64,000 nucleotides of DNA, taken from assembly GCA_043806595.1 (NCBI GenBank), contig JAZDGU010000029.1, forward strand, positions 23,576 to 87,575, read 5' to 3'. Source of the DNA: Candidatus Micrarchaeota archaeon (GTDB taxonomy: Archaea > Micrarchaeota > Micrarchaeia > Norongarragalinales > SBBD01). The position numbers and the translations under genes are program-made. Below the pieces are notes generated by a model that was not told the DNA's origin, made no database searches, and worked only from the letters and a program-made list of their open reading frames with translations. Below, in pieces: positions 8,998-18,200 of the stretch (position 1 is its first letter; each line of letters starts with the position of its first letter).

Positions 8998-10072
8998 AGC
9001 CCCTGGCGTCCTCCAGCAAGCCCAGCCCGTCGCCCAGCTGCCTGCCCGCGAGCCTCGCCCCGCCGGTCTCCTCGTCGGTTGCCTCCACGAAATGCTGGTC
9101 GTAGCTGAACTCGCCCGTGCTCTGGAAGAGGAACTTGTGCCGGGCAAGCGGCCGCAGGCGCAAAAGCAGGCTCTTCTCGCCGTCGAGGAGCTCCCACGTG
9201 TTCCCCCGGGGGACATGCTCGAGCGAACATCCGCGGAACGTCCGGTAACGCCTCTTCCTGGCGTCGAAGAAGACCGCGTCCGAGGGCGTCAGCGAACCCC
9301 ATTCCCTGCTCGGCGCGAAGCGCAGGGAGAAGTAGTCGAGGCTGCTGTGGTCCTTGAAGTAGACGTGCACCCAGTTCCACGGCACGAACGGCCCGACAGC
9401 GACCACCTTCTGCACGTAGCACTCGCCGGAGAAGGGCCTGCCGTAGAGCGTGCCGGAAAAGCGGAGGAAGATGTTGACGAGCTCGAAGCCGAAGACGCTC
9501 GTGGAGTAGTGGCCGAGCTCGAAGGGCTTGCCAGCCGGCCTCGCCTGCAGCCGCAGGTCTAGCACCTGCCTGCCCTTGTCGTGCAGCGACACGTGGTAGT
9601 CGGGGTATCGGCCGAAGAAATACATGCGCGAGGAGTCGCTCAGCACGCCGGTCTCGTGCATGCCCGCGGCGAACGGCGAGGAGAACTCGCCCGAGCGCTT
9701 GTGCCCGCCGTCGAGGCTCCAGTAGACGCACGCGAGGTCGCACACCTCGGGCTTGCCGTGCTGCGGCCGGAGCAGGCGGCGGTTTATCCTCACGGAGCCC
9801 TCGCCCCTGCCGAAAGTCGCGATGAACTGCCTGCCGCGCGCGACGTCGACAAAGTACAGAAACCAGTATTCCTTGCCGAAGGCCGGGAGTTCCTCGAAGC
9901 CGAAAAACATCCTGTCCGGGCTGGTATGCACGGGCTTTTTCCCGAGCAGGAGCGAGACGCGGTGGAGCTGCTCGAGCGGCCAGCGGAAGTCGTGGAAGAA
10001 GCGCGCCTGCGAGTACGGGATCTTCGGGAGCAAGCGCCTGAGGGAGATAATCGCCTCCGACTGACGGGACAT
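8987..10072 (-). CDS. Hypothetical aromatic beta-rich protein, possibly AttH/CrtC/tocopherol-cyclase-like fold
   Basis: C-terminal 361 aa of the 943-aa ORF (start MSRQSEA). KEYWFLYF and PWNWVH resemble the EWWYF and WDW motifs of that superfamily; the fold call is tentative. Confidence 0.6.
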   Translation of the reverse strand: MSRQSEAIISLRRLLPKIPYSQARFFHDFRWPLEQLHRVSLLLGKKPVHTSPDRMFFGFEELPAFGKEYWFLYFVDVARGRQFIATFGRGEGSVRINRRLLRPQHGKPEVCDLACVYWSLDGGHKRSGEFSSPFAAGMHETGVLSDSSRMYFFGRYPDYHVSLHDKGRQVLDLRLQARPAGKPFELGHYSTSVFGFELVNIFLRFSGTLYGRPFSGECYVQKVVAVGPFVPWNWVHVYFKDHSSLDYFSLRFAPSREWGSLTPSDAVFFDARKRRYRTFRGCSLEHVPRGNTWELLDGEKSLLLRLRPLARHKFLFQSTGEFSYDQHFVEATDEETGGARLAGRQLGDGLGLLEDARGFML

Positions 10073-10110
10073 GGAATGCCGAAGTGTCCACTGGAATAAA
10101 AAGGGGGTTG

Positions 10111-10302
10111 TTAGTGGGTGATGTGGATGGGCTGGACCTTCATCATCATAGCGCCGAGGAAGACCGCGAAGACGAGAAACGCCAGCTGCCAGCCCTCGAG
10201 CGCGTAGTTCTGCCACAGTATGTATAGGAGCATGGCGCCGACGACGAGCCAGAGAAGGTACTCGTCGAAAATCAGCTGCCAGCTCGACACCCAGTCGACC
10301 AT
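10111..10302 (-). CDS. Small two-TM membrane protein
   Basis: Two hydrophobic stretches; divergent from tuf with a TATA-like TTTTTAAA between them. Confidence 0.7.
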   Translation of the reverse strand: MVDWVSSWQLIFDEYLLWLVVGAMLLYILWQNYALEGWQLAFLVFAVFLGAMMMKVQPIHITH

Positions 10303-10352
10303 GGAAGCATTTTGTCGGGAAAAGCTTTTTAAAGCTGAGACGGCTAAAATTG

Positions 10353-10445
10353 GGATGCAGTCGATAGGCTAAACATGGCTGATTCTTCGTAGTCAAGCGT
10401 TGGACGAGCATGCGCTTTTTCGCGCGGCCCGGCGGCGCTGCATCT
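10353..10445 (+). ncRNA. Candidate structured RNA upstream of tuf with a three-way-junction, 5S-rRNA-like layout
   Basis: Closing stem GATGCAG(10354-60)/CTGCATC(10438-44); arms GCT/AGC plus TGGCTG/TAGTCA and GTTGG/CCGGC plus GCGC/GCGC; starts ~20-25 nt after TTTTTAAA. Confidence 0.35.
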
Positions 10446-10471
10446 GGAAAAAAAAGAGGGGGATGAGTGGA

Positions 10472-11743
10472 ATGGCCAACAAACCGCACCTGAACTTGAT
10501 TTTCACGGGCCACGTGGACCACGGCAAGTCCACGCTCGTGGGCAGGATCCTGTACGACACGGGCGCGCTGTCCGAGAACGACCTTAGGAAGCTCAAGGAG
10601 GAGGCCGCAAAGATGGGCAAGGCAACATTCGAGTTCGCATTCGCGATGGACCAGCTCAAGGAGGAGAGGGAGCGCGGCGTGACCATCGACATCGCCCACA
10701 AGGACTTCAACACCCAGAAATACTACTTCACGATAATCGACGCCCCCGGGCACAAGGACTTCGTCAAGAACATGATCACCGGCGCGTCGCAGGCCGACGC
10801 CGCCGTGCTCGTCTGCAGCGCGAAGGAGGGCGTGCAGGCGCAGACCATCGAGCACGCGTTCCTTCTCAAGGTGCTCGGCGTGTCGCAGTTCATCATCGCC
10901 ATCAACAAGATGGATGCGGTGAACTACGACCGCATCAAGTACGAGGACACCAAGCAGGCGCTTTCCGCGAAGCTCAAGAGCATGGGCTACCCCGTGGACA
11001 AGATACCGTTCATCCCCGTGTCCGCATACATGGGCGACAACGTCGCCAAGAAGAGCGACAAGACGCAGTGGTACGCCGGCCCGACCATACTCGAGGCCTT
11101 CGACCAGCTCACCGAGCCCAAGAAGGCGACCGACAAGCCCCTCAGGCTGCCCATACAGGAGGTCTTCACCATCACCGGACAGGGCACGGTGCCCGTCGGC
11201 CGCGTAGAGTCCGGCATACTCAAGCCGAACACGACCATCGTCATCATGCCCGAGAACGTCACGGGAGAGGTCAAGACCATCGAGATGCACCACCAGCAGC
11301 TCGCGCAGGCCATCCCCGGCGACAACGTCGGCTTCGCGCTCAAGGGCATCGACAAGAAGGCCATCAAGCGCGGCAGCGTCGTCGGCTACCCGCAGGCGCC
11401 GCCGACCGTCGCCGAAGAGTTCACGGCGCAGATCGTCGTGCTCAACCACCCGACTGCAATCGGCAAGAACTACACACCCGTGTTCCATTTGCACACCGCG
11501 CAGATTGCGTGCACGATAACCGAGATCCTCGAGAAGAAGGACCCCAAGACCGGGCAGACCGCACAGAAGAACCCGGACTTCATCAAGACCGGCGACGTCG
11601 CCATCGTGAAGGTCAAGCCCACGAAGCCGACGTGCGCCGAGAAATACTCGGAATACCCGGCGCTCGGCCGCTTCGCCATGCGCGACATGGGCCAGACCGT
11701 CGCCGCGGGGATCATCCTCGAAATCGTGCCCAAGAAGGCATAG
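10472..11743 (+). CDS. tuf: Elongation factor 1-alpha
   Basis: GHVDHGKST, ERERGVTID, DAPGHKDFVKNMITGASQAD, NKMD and LGRFAMRDMGQTVAAG. Confidence 0.98.
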   Translation: MANKPHLNLIFTGHVDHGKSTLVGRILYDTGALSENDLRKLKEEAAKMGKATFEFAFAMDQLKEERERGVTIDIAHKDFNTQKYYFTIIDAPGHKDFVKNMITGASQADAAVLVCSAKEGVQAQTIEHAFLLKVLGVSQFIIAINKMDAVNYDRIKYEDTKQALSAKLKSMGYPVDKIPFIPVSAYMGDNVAKKSDKTQWYAGPTILEAFDQLTEPKKATDKPLRLPIQEVFTITGQGTVPVGRVESGILKPNTTIVIMPENVTGEVKTIEMHHQQLAQAIPGDNVGFALKGIDKKAIKRGSVVGYPQAPPTVAEEFTAQIVVLNHPTAIGKNYTPVFHLHTAQIACTITEILEKKDPKTGQTAQKNPDFIKTGDVAIVKVKPTKPTCAEKYSEYPALGRFAMRDMGQTVAAGIILEIVPKKA

Positions 11744-11751
11744 GCAGCAGG

Positions 11752-11780
11752 GGGGGCCGCGTGCCCCCGTCTTTTCATTT
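11752..11780 (+). terminator. GC hairpin plus T-rich tract between tuf and rps10 (terminator or attenuator-like)
   Basis: GGGGGC-CGCGT-GCCCCC followed by GTCTTTTCATTT. Confidence 0.4.
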
Positions 11781-11798
11781 CCACAGGTCGTTTTGAAC

Positions 11799-12104
11799 AT
11801 GAACCGCGCGCGCATCAAGCTCGAAAGCCAGGACTACAATGACCTGGACGCAGTCTGCACCCAGATCAAGGACATCGCCAAGAAGGCCGGCATCGAGCTC
11901 AAGGGCCCAATACCCCTACCCACCAAGAAGCTCAAGATTTCCACGCGCAAGACTCCCTGCGGCGACGGCTCGGACACGTACGAGAAGTGGGAGCTGCGCG
12001 TGCACAAGCGGCTGATTGAAATCAAGGCCGACGACCGCGTGCTCCGCGACATAATGAGAATCCGCATTCCCGACAGCGTGCACGTCGAGATGCACCTCAA
12101 CTGA
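11799..12104 (+). CDS. rps10: 30S ribosomal protein uS10
   Basis: RARIKL, KGPIPLPTKKL, RKTPCGDGSDTYEKWELRVHKRLI; follows tuf. Confidence 0.97.
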   Translation: MNRARIKLESQDYNDLDAVCTQIKDIAKKAGIELKGPIPLPTKKLKISTRKTPCGDGSDTYEKWELRVHKRLIEIKADDRVLRDIMRIRIPDSVHVEMHLN

Positions 12105-12179
12105 TTCACGAACGGACTAAATGGAAAGGGGAGAGGCCACACGCGTAGGGGAAAACCGAAGGTTGTCCCCTGAGGTGTG

Positions 12180-12239
12180 CGCGACATCATGCGCATCCGC
12201 ATTCCCGACAGCGTGCACGTCGAGATGCACCTGAATTAA
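12180..12239 (+). repeat. Second copy of the last 20 codons of rps10 (copy 1 at 12045-12104)
   Basis: 54/60 nt identical; all 6 differences are synonymous; both read RDIMRIRIPDSVHVEMHLN-stop. Confidence 0.95.
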
Positions 12240-12338
12240 GGACTTTTTCCGACTGCCCCCCCCGCCTAATACCGTCGTAAGATACGTGCCTAGTAGCGGG
12301 CATACAAGTTGCGGGAAAGTCAGACTTGCAATGCGGGT

Positions 12339-12725
12339 TTAGAACCGGTTCTTGTTGTCCGCCTGCGAGAAGTCCTCCTCGACCTTGTAGCGCTCCTTAG
12401 GCGGGCGCCGGCCCGGCGAATCTGAGGAAAGCCTCGCGAGGATGTCCGCGGAAGAAATCGCCGCGTTCTCCCTTGCAGGAGTGCCGCCACTGCCATGCGG
12501 GCCCGGCTCCCCCTGCGTTCTGGAAGAGAGGTAGAAGAAAATCGCCGCCACGCCGGCTGCGAAAAGGACTACCGATGCGGTCAAGGCCGGATTGGCCATC
12601 GAAAGCCCGGGAAGCGTCAGCGCCCCCGTCAGCGGGTGCGAGACGGACAGCGCCTGCAGGAAGAAGTAGGACGCGCCCATGAACAGCAGGAGGACCGCTA
12701 CGGCTATTGAAATGTTCCCACGCAT
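12339..12725 (-). CDS. Two-TM membrane protein of unknown function
   Basis: Two hydrophobic helices then a disordered tail; 3 nt downstream of the next gene. Confidence 0.65.
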   Translation of the reverse strand: MRGNISIAVAVLLLFMGASYFFLQALSVSHPLTGALTLPGLSMANPALTASVVLFAAGVAAIFFYLSSRTQGEPGPHGSGGTPARENAAISSADILARLSSDSPGRRPPKERYKVEEDFSQADNKNRF

Positions 12726-12728
12726 TTG

Positions 12729-13367
12729 CTACTGGCACCGCATTGTTGAAATCATGTAGTCGACGAGGTCCAAGTCCGGCACCAGCGGCTCGGAAATTGC
12801 GGCCACCAGCACAACCCAGTTTGAGGGGCACTGCAGGTACGCCTGCCTGATGAAGATCCTCTCGTTCCCGTCAACGGGATTCTGCATGGCCATGGAGAGC
12901 ACGTAAACCGTCCTGCCGTCCTGCGGGTATGATGCGAGCGACGCGTTCTCCTCGGCCGCTGCCTCGCCAATCTTGACATCGCTCAGCTCGCCGGATTCAA
13001 CCACGCGCACGTCAATGATTTCCGCGGAATACGGCGGGTGGTATGCGGAGAACCTCACGCGCACTGAAGGGAAGGGGTCGAGGTCGGCGAGGTAGCCCTG
13101 CAGATACCGCAGGGAGAAGCTGTAGTTCTGGTCGAAGTATTCCAGCGAACGCGGGTCGTACTCGGCGGCAAGCAGAGAGACTTGGGCGGCCCTCGCGGCC
13201 CCCGCGTCGGGCTTGATGAACGGGAGCGTGGAGACGAATTTCGGCGGCTGGGGCGCGAGGAAGAGAAAATACGCGCCAACCGCGAGAGCCACAATTAGGA
13301 TGATGGTCCAGAACGCGTTCGCGGACGGCGACACCCTCTTTTCCCTTGCCACGAATATTCCCTCCAC
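12729..13367 (-). CDS. Membrane-anchored protein with a possible PsbP-like extracellular domain
   Basis: GTG start, N-terminal TM, YSFSLRY...Y motif and terminal ISTMRC. Confidence 0.65.
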   Translation of the reverse strand: MEGIFVAREKRVSPSANAFWTIILIVALAVGAYFLFLAPQPPKFVSTLPFIKPDAGAARAAQVSLLAAEYDPRSLEYFDQNYSFSLRYLQGYLADLDPFPSVRVRFSAYHPPYSAEIIDVRVVESGELSDVKIGEAAAEENASLASYPQDGRTVYVLSMAMQNPVDGNERIFIRQAYLQCPSNWVVLVAAISEPLVPDLDLVDYMISTMRCQ

Positions 13368-13424
13368 TGGATAATTTTCCGCGGTTTAAAAAGAGTATGC
13401 CCGCGGGGGGCCGCATGCGCTGCG

Positions 13425-13700
13425 TCACCGCCGCAGGCCGAATGACTTGAACTTGCCCTCCGACTCGCCCCATTCCGAAGCGATTGCCGCGACGCGGATG
13501 AAGCCGTCGTCCAATTTCACTGCGTCCAGGAACCGCTCGAGCTCCTCCCGTTCACCCTCGGCGCCGATTTCCACGGTGCCGTCCTGCAGGTTCCGCACGA
13601 AGCCCGCGACCTTGAACCCCGCCGCGGCCCTAAGCACGAAATACCTGAAGCCGACACCCTGCACTTCGCCCGAGACGATGGCTCGCACCGATTTCAGCAT
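13425..13700 (-). CDS. acyP: Acylphosphatase
   Basis: VSGEVQGVGFR and GFVRNLQDGTVEI signatures; 91 aa from ATG 13700. Confidence 0.93.
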   Translation of the reverse strand: MLKSVRAIVSGEVQGVGFRYFVLRAAAGFKVAGFVRNLQDGTVEIGAEGEREELERFLDAVKLDDGFIRVAAIASEWGESEGKFKSFGLRR

Positions 13701-13741
13701 TGCCGACACACGAGGGGTATTGGGAAGGGCAAGGGTTTTAA

Positions 13742-14593
13742 ATGAAGAAACGCATGGCAGTCTTTCATAGAATATTGCGGGCGATTCCACATATGGTTAG
13801 GCGGGCTTCAGGCACTCAAGGGATTTCTGGAATCCGGAGGAATCGGGTGGAGGGACCGTTCATCCACGATGTAATCCCGTGGATTCACTCACCGGACATC
13901 ACCAATCCGGAGCTATCTCCAAGGAAAAGGCGGGATTTAATTCGCAAGCGATTCAGCGAGATGGTGAAAAATCCGGAATCAATGAGGCGGTTAATCATAC
14001 ATGCACACGAGACCGCAGGGGCTCCGCCGTTGTCACCGGCAAGGCTAGGCATGCTACGGCACGCATTGCAGGTAGATTCAGCAGAATTCCGGTCCGTTGC
14101 AGAGGCGCACGTAAGAAAAGCGATTGGAAACGACGAAGAAGGCAGGGTGCATCTGGCAAGAATTGATTCAGCAGTCGGACTCTTGCGACAGTATGCGAGG
14201 GCGGGCACAAACCCGTTCCTCCAGGCAATAAACCAAGACCTGGGAAGGGAAGGACCGAGAACGCAGCTGGCCAGGAGGGACAGCGGTTCCAGACTGGTGA
14301 GTCTGATAGAAAGCATGGCCATCGGAAGGGCTCGCGGGAGAACCACCGACAGGAACGCCGTGGCCGGATCCGGACGGCTTGAGCAGACGTTGGCGGAGGT
14401 TTATCGCGGAACGTCCGCGGAAACCATTCTTAGAGTCATCCGCAACCTTCCCCGGCGCAAGCGCGAGCAGGCGCAGACCGTGAATATTCCAGTCGGGGTG
14501 CTTAACCAACTGCTCCAGCAAGGGGGACCCGCAGGGCATGCAGAACCCCGCGAGGAAGAAGGGGAGGAAGGAGGCCACGAGGGACATCATTAG
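13742..14593 (+). CDS. Hypothetical Arg-rich helical orphan (start may be 13754 or 13793)
   Basis: Long ORF with lower GC; acidic/His tail EEEGEEGGHEGHH. Confidence 0.7.
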   Translation: MKKRMAVFHRILRAIPHMVRRASGTQGISGIRRNRVEGPFIHDVIPWIHSPDITNPELSPRKRRDLIRKRFSEMVKNPESMRRLIIHAHETAGAPPLSPARLGMLRHALQVDSAEFRSVAEAHVRKAIGNDEEGRVHLARIDSAVGLLRQYARAGTNPFLQAINQDLGREGPRTQLARRDSGSRLVSLIESMAIGRARGRTTDRNAVAGSGRLEQTLAEVYRGTSAETILRVIRNLPRRKREQAQTVNIPVGVLNQLLQQGGPAGHAEPREEEGEEGGHEGHH

Positions 14594-14605
14594 AAGGTGC
14601 ATCAA

Positions 14606-15214
14606 ATGCCTCGCGAAGAACGCGCAAAACCGGAAAAAATCGACATCGAACTCCCGCCGTTGGCAAGAAGGCCGGGCAGGTGGAAAAGGTTCAAGTTACG
14701 GCTCGGCATCGGGCGCGAGAAATTCGCCCGGGAACAGCTGTATGAGCTCAGCGACAACCCCCACCTCTTCGAGCAGCTGCATCGGCAGGTTCTTGAGAGG
14801 GCGGCGCAAAGACAGGGCCTCGAAAGTGCCGGCCACGGCAGGATGACCGCGGAGGTAATCTCGGGAAGGGAAAAAAGCTTCGGAAGGATGTCTGATATTC
14901 TGAGGAAAAACCCCGAGACAGCGGACCTTGCATGGCTTTTTACCCAGCTGGGGTATACGGTGGAAAGGGATGTACGTTCTGAAGGCGTGCAGAGCTCGCG
15001 CTTCCAAAGCGTATTAAGGCAGGAGCTAAACAACCCGAACAGCGCACATGGCCGAAACCTAGTACGACTGTTTGCCAAGGGAATGCGCAGCGACGGCTCA
15101 CGGACCAGCATAGAGGTTGACGCCGCAGCCTCCGCCCTCCTTCAATTGTACAAGAACAGGAACCTGCTCCGGCAGAGGATGGAGGATCTGGACGCAATCC
15201 ACCGCACGGCCTGA
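14606..15214 (+). CDS. Hypothetical Arg-rich helical orphan, 202 aa
   Basis: ATG 14606 with AAGGTG upstream; directly follows the previous ORF. Confidence 0.7.
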   Translation: MPREERAKPEKIDIELPPLARRPGRWKRFKLRLGIGREKFAREQLYELSDNPHLFEQLHRQVLERAAQRQGLESAGHGRMTAEVISGREKSFGRMSDILRKNPETADLAWLFTQLGYTVERDVRSEGVQSSRFQSVLRQELNNPNSAHGRNLVRLFAKGMRSDGSRTSIEVDAAASALLQLYKNRNLLRQRMEDLDAIHRTA

Positions 15215-15238
15215 AGAGCGCGTAAGACCCCTGGGGCC

Positions 15239-18200
15239 TCAGCCTGAAGTCGCGGCCTGGGCGCGCAACGCCTCGTTGAGAAACTCGAGCGCCTTCCGGT
15301 AGCCGGCGTCATTGCCCTGGTCGACGAGCTTTTCCGCCTCCTCGATGGACTTGACGACCTCCGGCGGGCACTGGTAACCGTCGCACCACTCCTTATAGCG
15401 CGCCAACAGGTTCGTCGCGGCTTCCGACAATGGAACAGGCGTCTGCGGGCCAGACTGCTCGTCCGACACCGGCACCCCAGCCCCCTCCAGCGCCGAATAC
15501 CCGGGCAGTGCCGAAGACGTGACCACTGCTTCCGTGACGCTGAACGAGTCCGTCTGGACAGGCTTGGATGCCGCGAAGAAGGACTCCGCAATCGCCTGGG
15601 TGGCCTGCCTGCCGTTGAAAGCGGTAAGCAAATCATACTGGGGGACTCCGGCATACTCCGGGCCCTTGATGAAGTAGAAGCAGAACGGCTTCGTCCTCGG
15701 GCACAAGGCATTGGCGTCGACGCGGTTGAGGCAGACGGTCTTGCTTGCCTCGTCGCGCGTGCAAATCTCCTTGACCGACGTGACCGGGTCAGGGGCGTTG
15801 TCCAAGGTGGGGTTGTTGAAGACCACGACGTGGTTGCCGTAGCGGTAGTCCAACTCGGCGCGCACGGGCCTCAGGTCCGCGTAGGTGAGTATTGGTCCGA
15901 GAACGGCGACGATGGTCCCAACCAGCCGCGGGATCTTTGCGGGGGCGAACATGGACTTGAACCTGCTGCCGGCGTTCGTGAACTGCTTGAAGAAGCCTCC
16001 CGTGGTCTTCGCCGCCTTCGCGACGTCGTCGCCCTCGCTCTTGAGGACGTTCCGAGTGATGTCGATTATCGGTTTCTCGCTCTTGACGTTTCCTCCGGAA
16101 ATCAGGGTCCGAGTTCTCGATAAAAGCCGGTCAGTCACTGTCGCTCCCCTTCCGAATTTTACATCGGCATCTGGAATTGAGGACATCGCGTTTTGCACCG
16201 TTCCCAGCCTAGGATACTTCGCGGTCATTTTGCGCAGGAAATCGTCGTACTGATCGGCAGGCACTATCGATTCCGCCTTGAGTATTCCCTTGAAGCTGAA
16301 CGGCTTTCGGGTTCCTGTTGCGACATCCCCCCTTTGCCTCAAGTGCTCAAGCACGTGATCAAGTGTCTCTTCCTTCAAATATTGTGCCTCACTACTAATT
16401 CCAGCAGGCCATGGACCAGAGTGTAGGAAATTCCCGTTTCTAGGACCCTTGGCGGCAGTAAGCGAATCAACAACATCGGCCCAGAGAGATGTCGAACCCG
16501 CCTTGGTGGATCTTGTGCCTCTCAACGAGGTCACTATCTGCTCCATGCGGCGCTGATACAAGGCGTTATCTACGGGATTAAGCGACTTCTGCAGGGTGTC
16601 GTCGGCGAGCTTGTCGAAGAGTTCCTCCATCGCGTCGCGCCCGAGCATGTCGGACATGGCATCCATTATTACTGGGTCGTTGGGTGGAATCTTCACCTTC
16701 ACCAGTTCGTGGAAATCGGCGGCAGCCTTGCCCTTGGCGACAAGTTTCGTGATTGTCCTTGCGCTGAGGTCGCCGCCGAGGCCGAGGCGTTCTGCTTCCT
16801 TGATGCCATTGCGGAGGCCGATCGAGGCGTCGTAAGCCGAGCCCATCGATAGCCCGTAGTAGCGCGTCCCCTGTTCGGCCATCCACGCCGTGCTCCCCCA
16901 AGGCAGAATCGACCTGAACGCCTTCCCCGCTGGCAGCACAAGGTCGGGCTTGGCAACGACCTTGTCGTCTCCCTTGACGTACTCCACTCCCGAGAAAACC
17001 GCGCTGAAAGCCGTGAACGTGAGGAACTCGCTGGCAAATCTTGCGCCCAGGAACTTGGCGCTGAACGCCTGCCCGATGTTCCTCATAGTAGCGGCGCTGA
17101 CGCCTTCGGCCGGCTTGAGGCCGAAGTTGGGGATGTACGCGGTAAACGTGTTAAGCAGGTAGTATGACGCGCCCTGCGCGCAGGCGTTCGCGGCGTCGCA
17201 CGTGTTTGCGTCCTTGAATACGGCGTTTCCGACGTTGACGACGGAAGTCGAGCCGCACAATGCTAGCGTCGAAGCGAAGCCCATGACGGTTTCCTTGAGA
17301 GCGTAAGATACGCCGAAGGTCGCCATGATACCCTGGATGACCAAGTTTGGAGCGCTCGCGGCCATCACCGAACCGGTGACCGCGCCCAACCGCTTGGTGC
17401 AGTAGCCTGCGTCGCTGTAGGACGGCGAATAGGAGAACAGGTTGGGACTGCTGCCATACAAGGCGGAGATCAAGCCCTGGGCGTTCCGCTCGTCCAACTC
17501 GCTGTTTCCGCCGCGGTAGGAACCAAAGTAAATCAGCTTGAACTTGTCGAATATGCTCTTGGCTTCCGCGGCGTCATTCGGCTTGCGGAGCTCGAAATAG
17601 GGCAGCTTGGTGTTCGCCTTGACCTGCTCGCGTCCGACGATGATTTGCGGGTCCTCGGCGGTAAGCAGGCCGGCGTTCGCGAGCGTCTCCTCGCACGCCT
17701 TGAACTGCGTCGGGTCGGCGGGATTGACGGCCATCTCTATTGACGCGGAGCGCAGCCACGCCTTCTTGTCCGGGAAGGAATTGGGGCTCTTGCAGAGGCC
17801 GAGGCGCGCAGTCACGATGTAGATGCCGCACGAGGATATGCCGCCCGAGGTGTCCCACTTGAAGTCTTCTACGTACTTCTCGCCAGAAGCGTCGCGGAGC
17901 TCGCCGAGGCCCTCGTCAACGGACTTCTGCAGCTCGTTGAAAGAGACGCGCGTGTTCGCGCTCTGCACGATGATGCTTTTATAGAAGCCGTTGCGGTTGT
18001 GGACGACGAGCCTCGGCTCGGACGGGTTGCAGAACGTCGAGATTTCCTTGGGGTATTTCTCGTCGAAGTAGAACTTGAGGACGAACTCCTGCAGCTTCGC
18101 ACCGAAGCCCTTGTAGGCGTCCTGCAGCTGTTCGCCGTTGCCCGTGCAGAAGTTCGTCTGGCACTGCATCGTCCCACCGGCGAGCGCGTCCAGCTTGCCC

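Noticed and set aside
8987..11818. 943-aa minus-strand ORF
   Set aside because: The part above 10072 is the antisense shadow of tuf; only the last 361 aa look like a real gene.
12045..12239. DGR template/variable repeat interpretation of the gene-end duplications
   Set aside because: Mismatches are synonymous and not adenine-specific, and no reverse transcriptase is present in the window.
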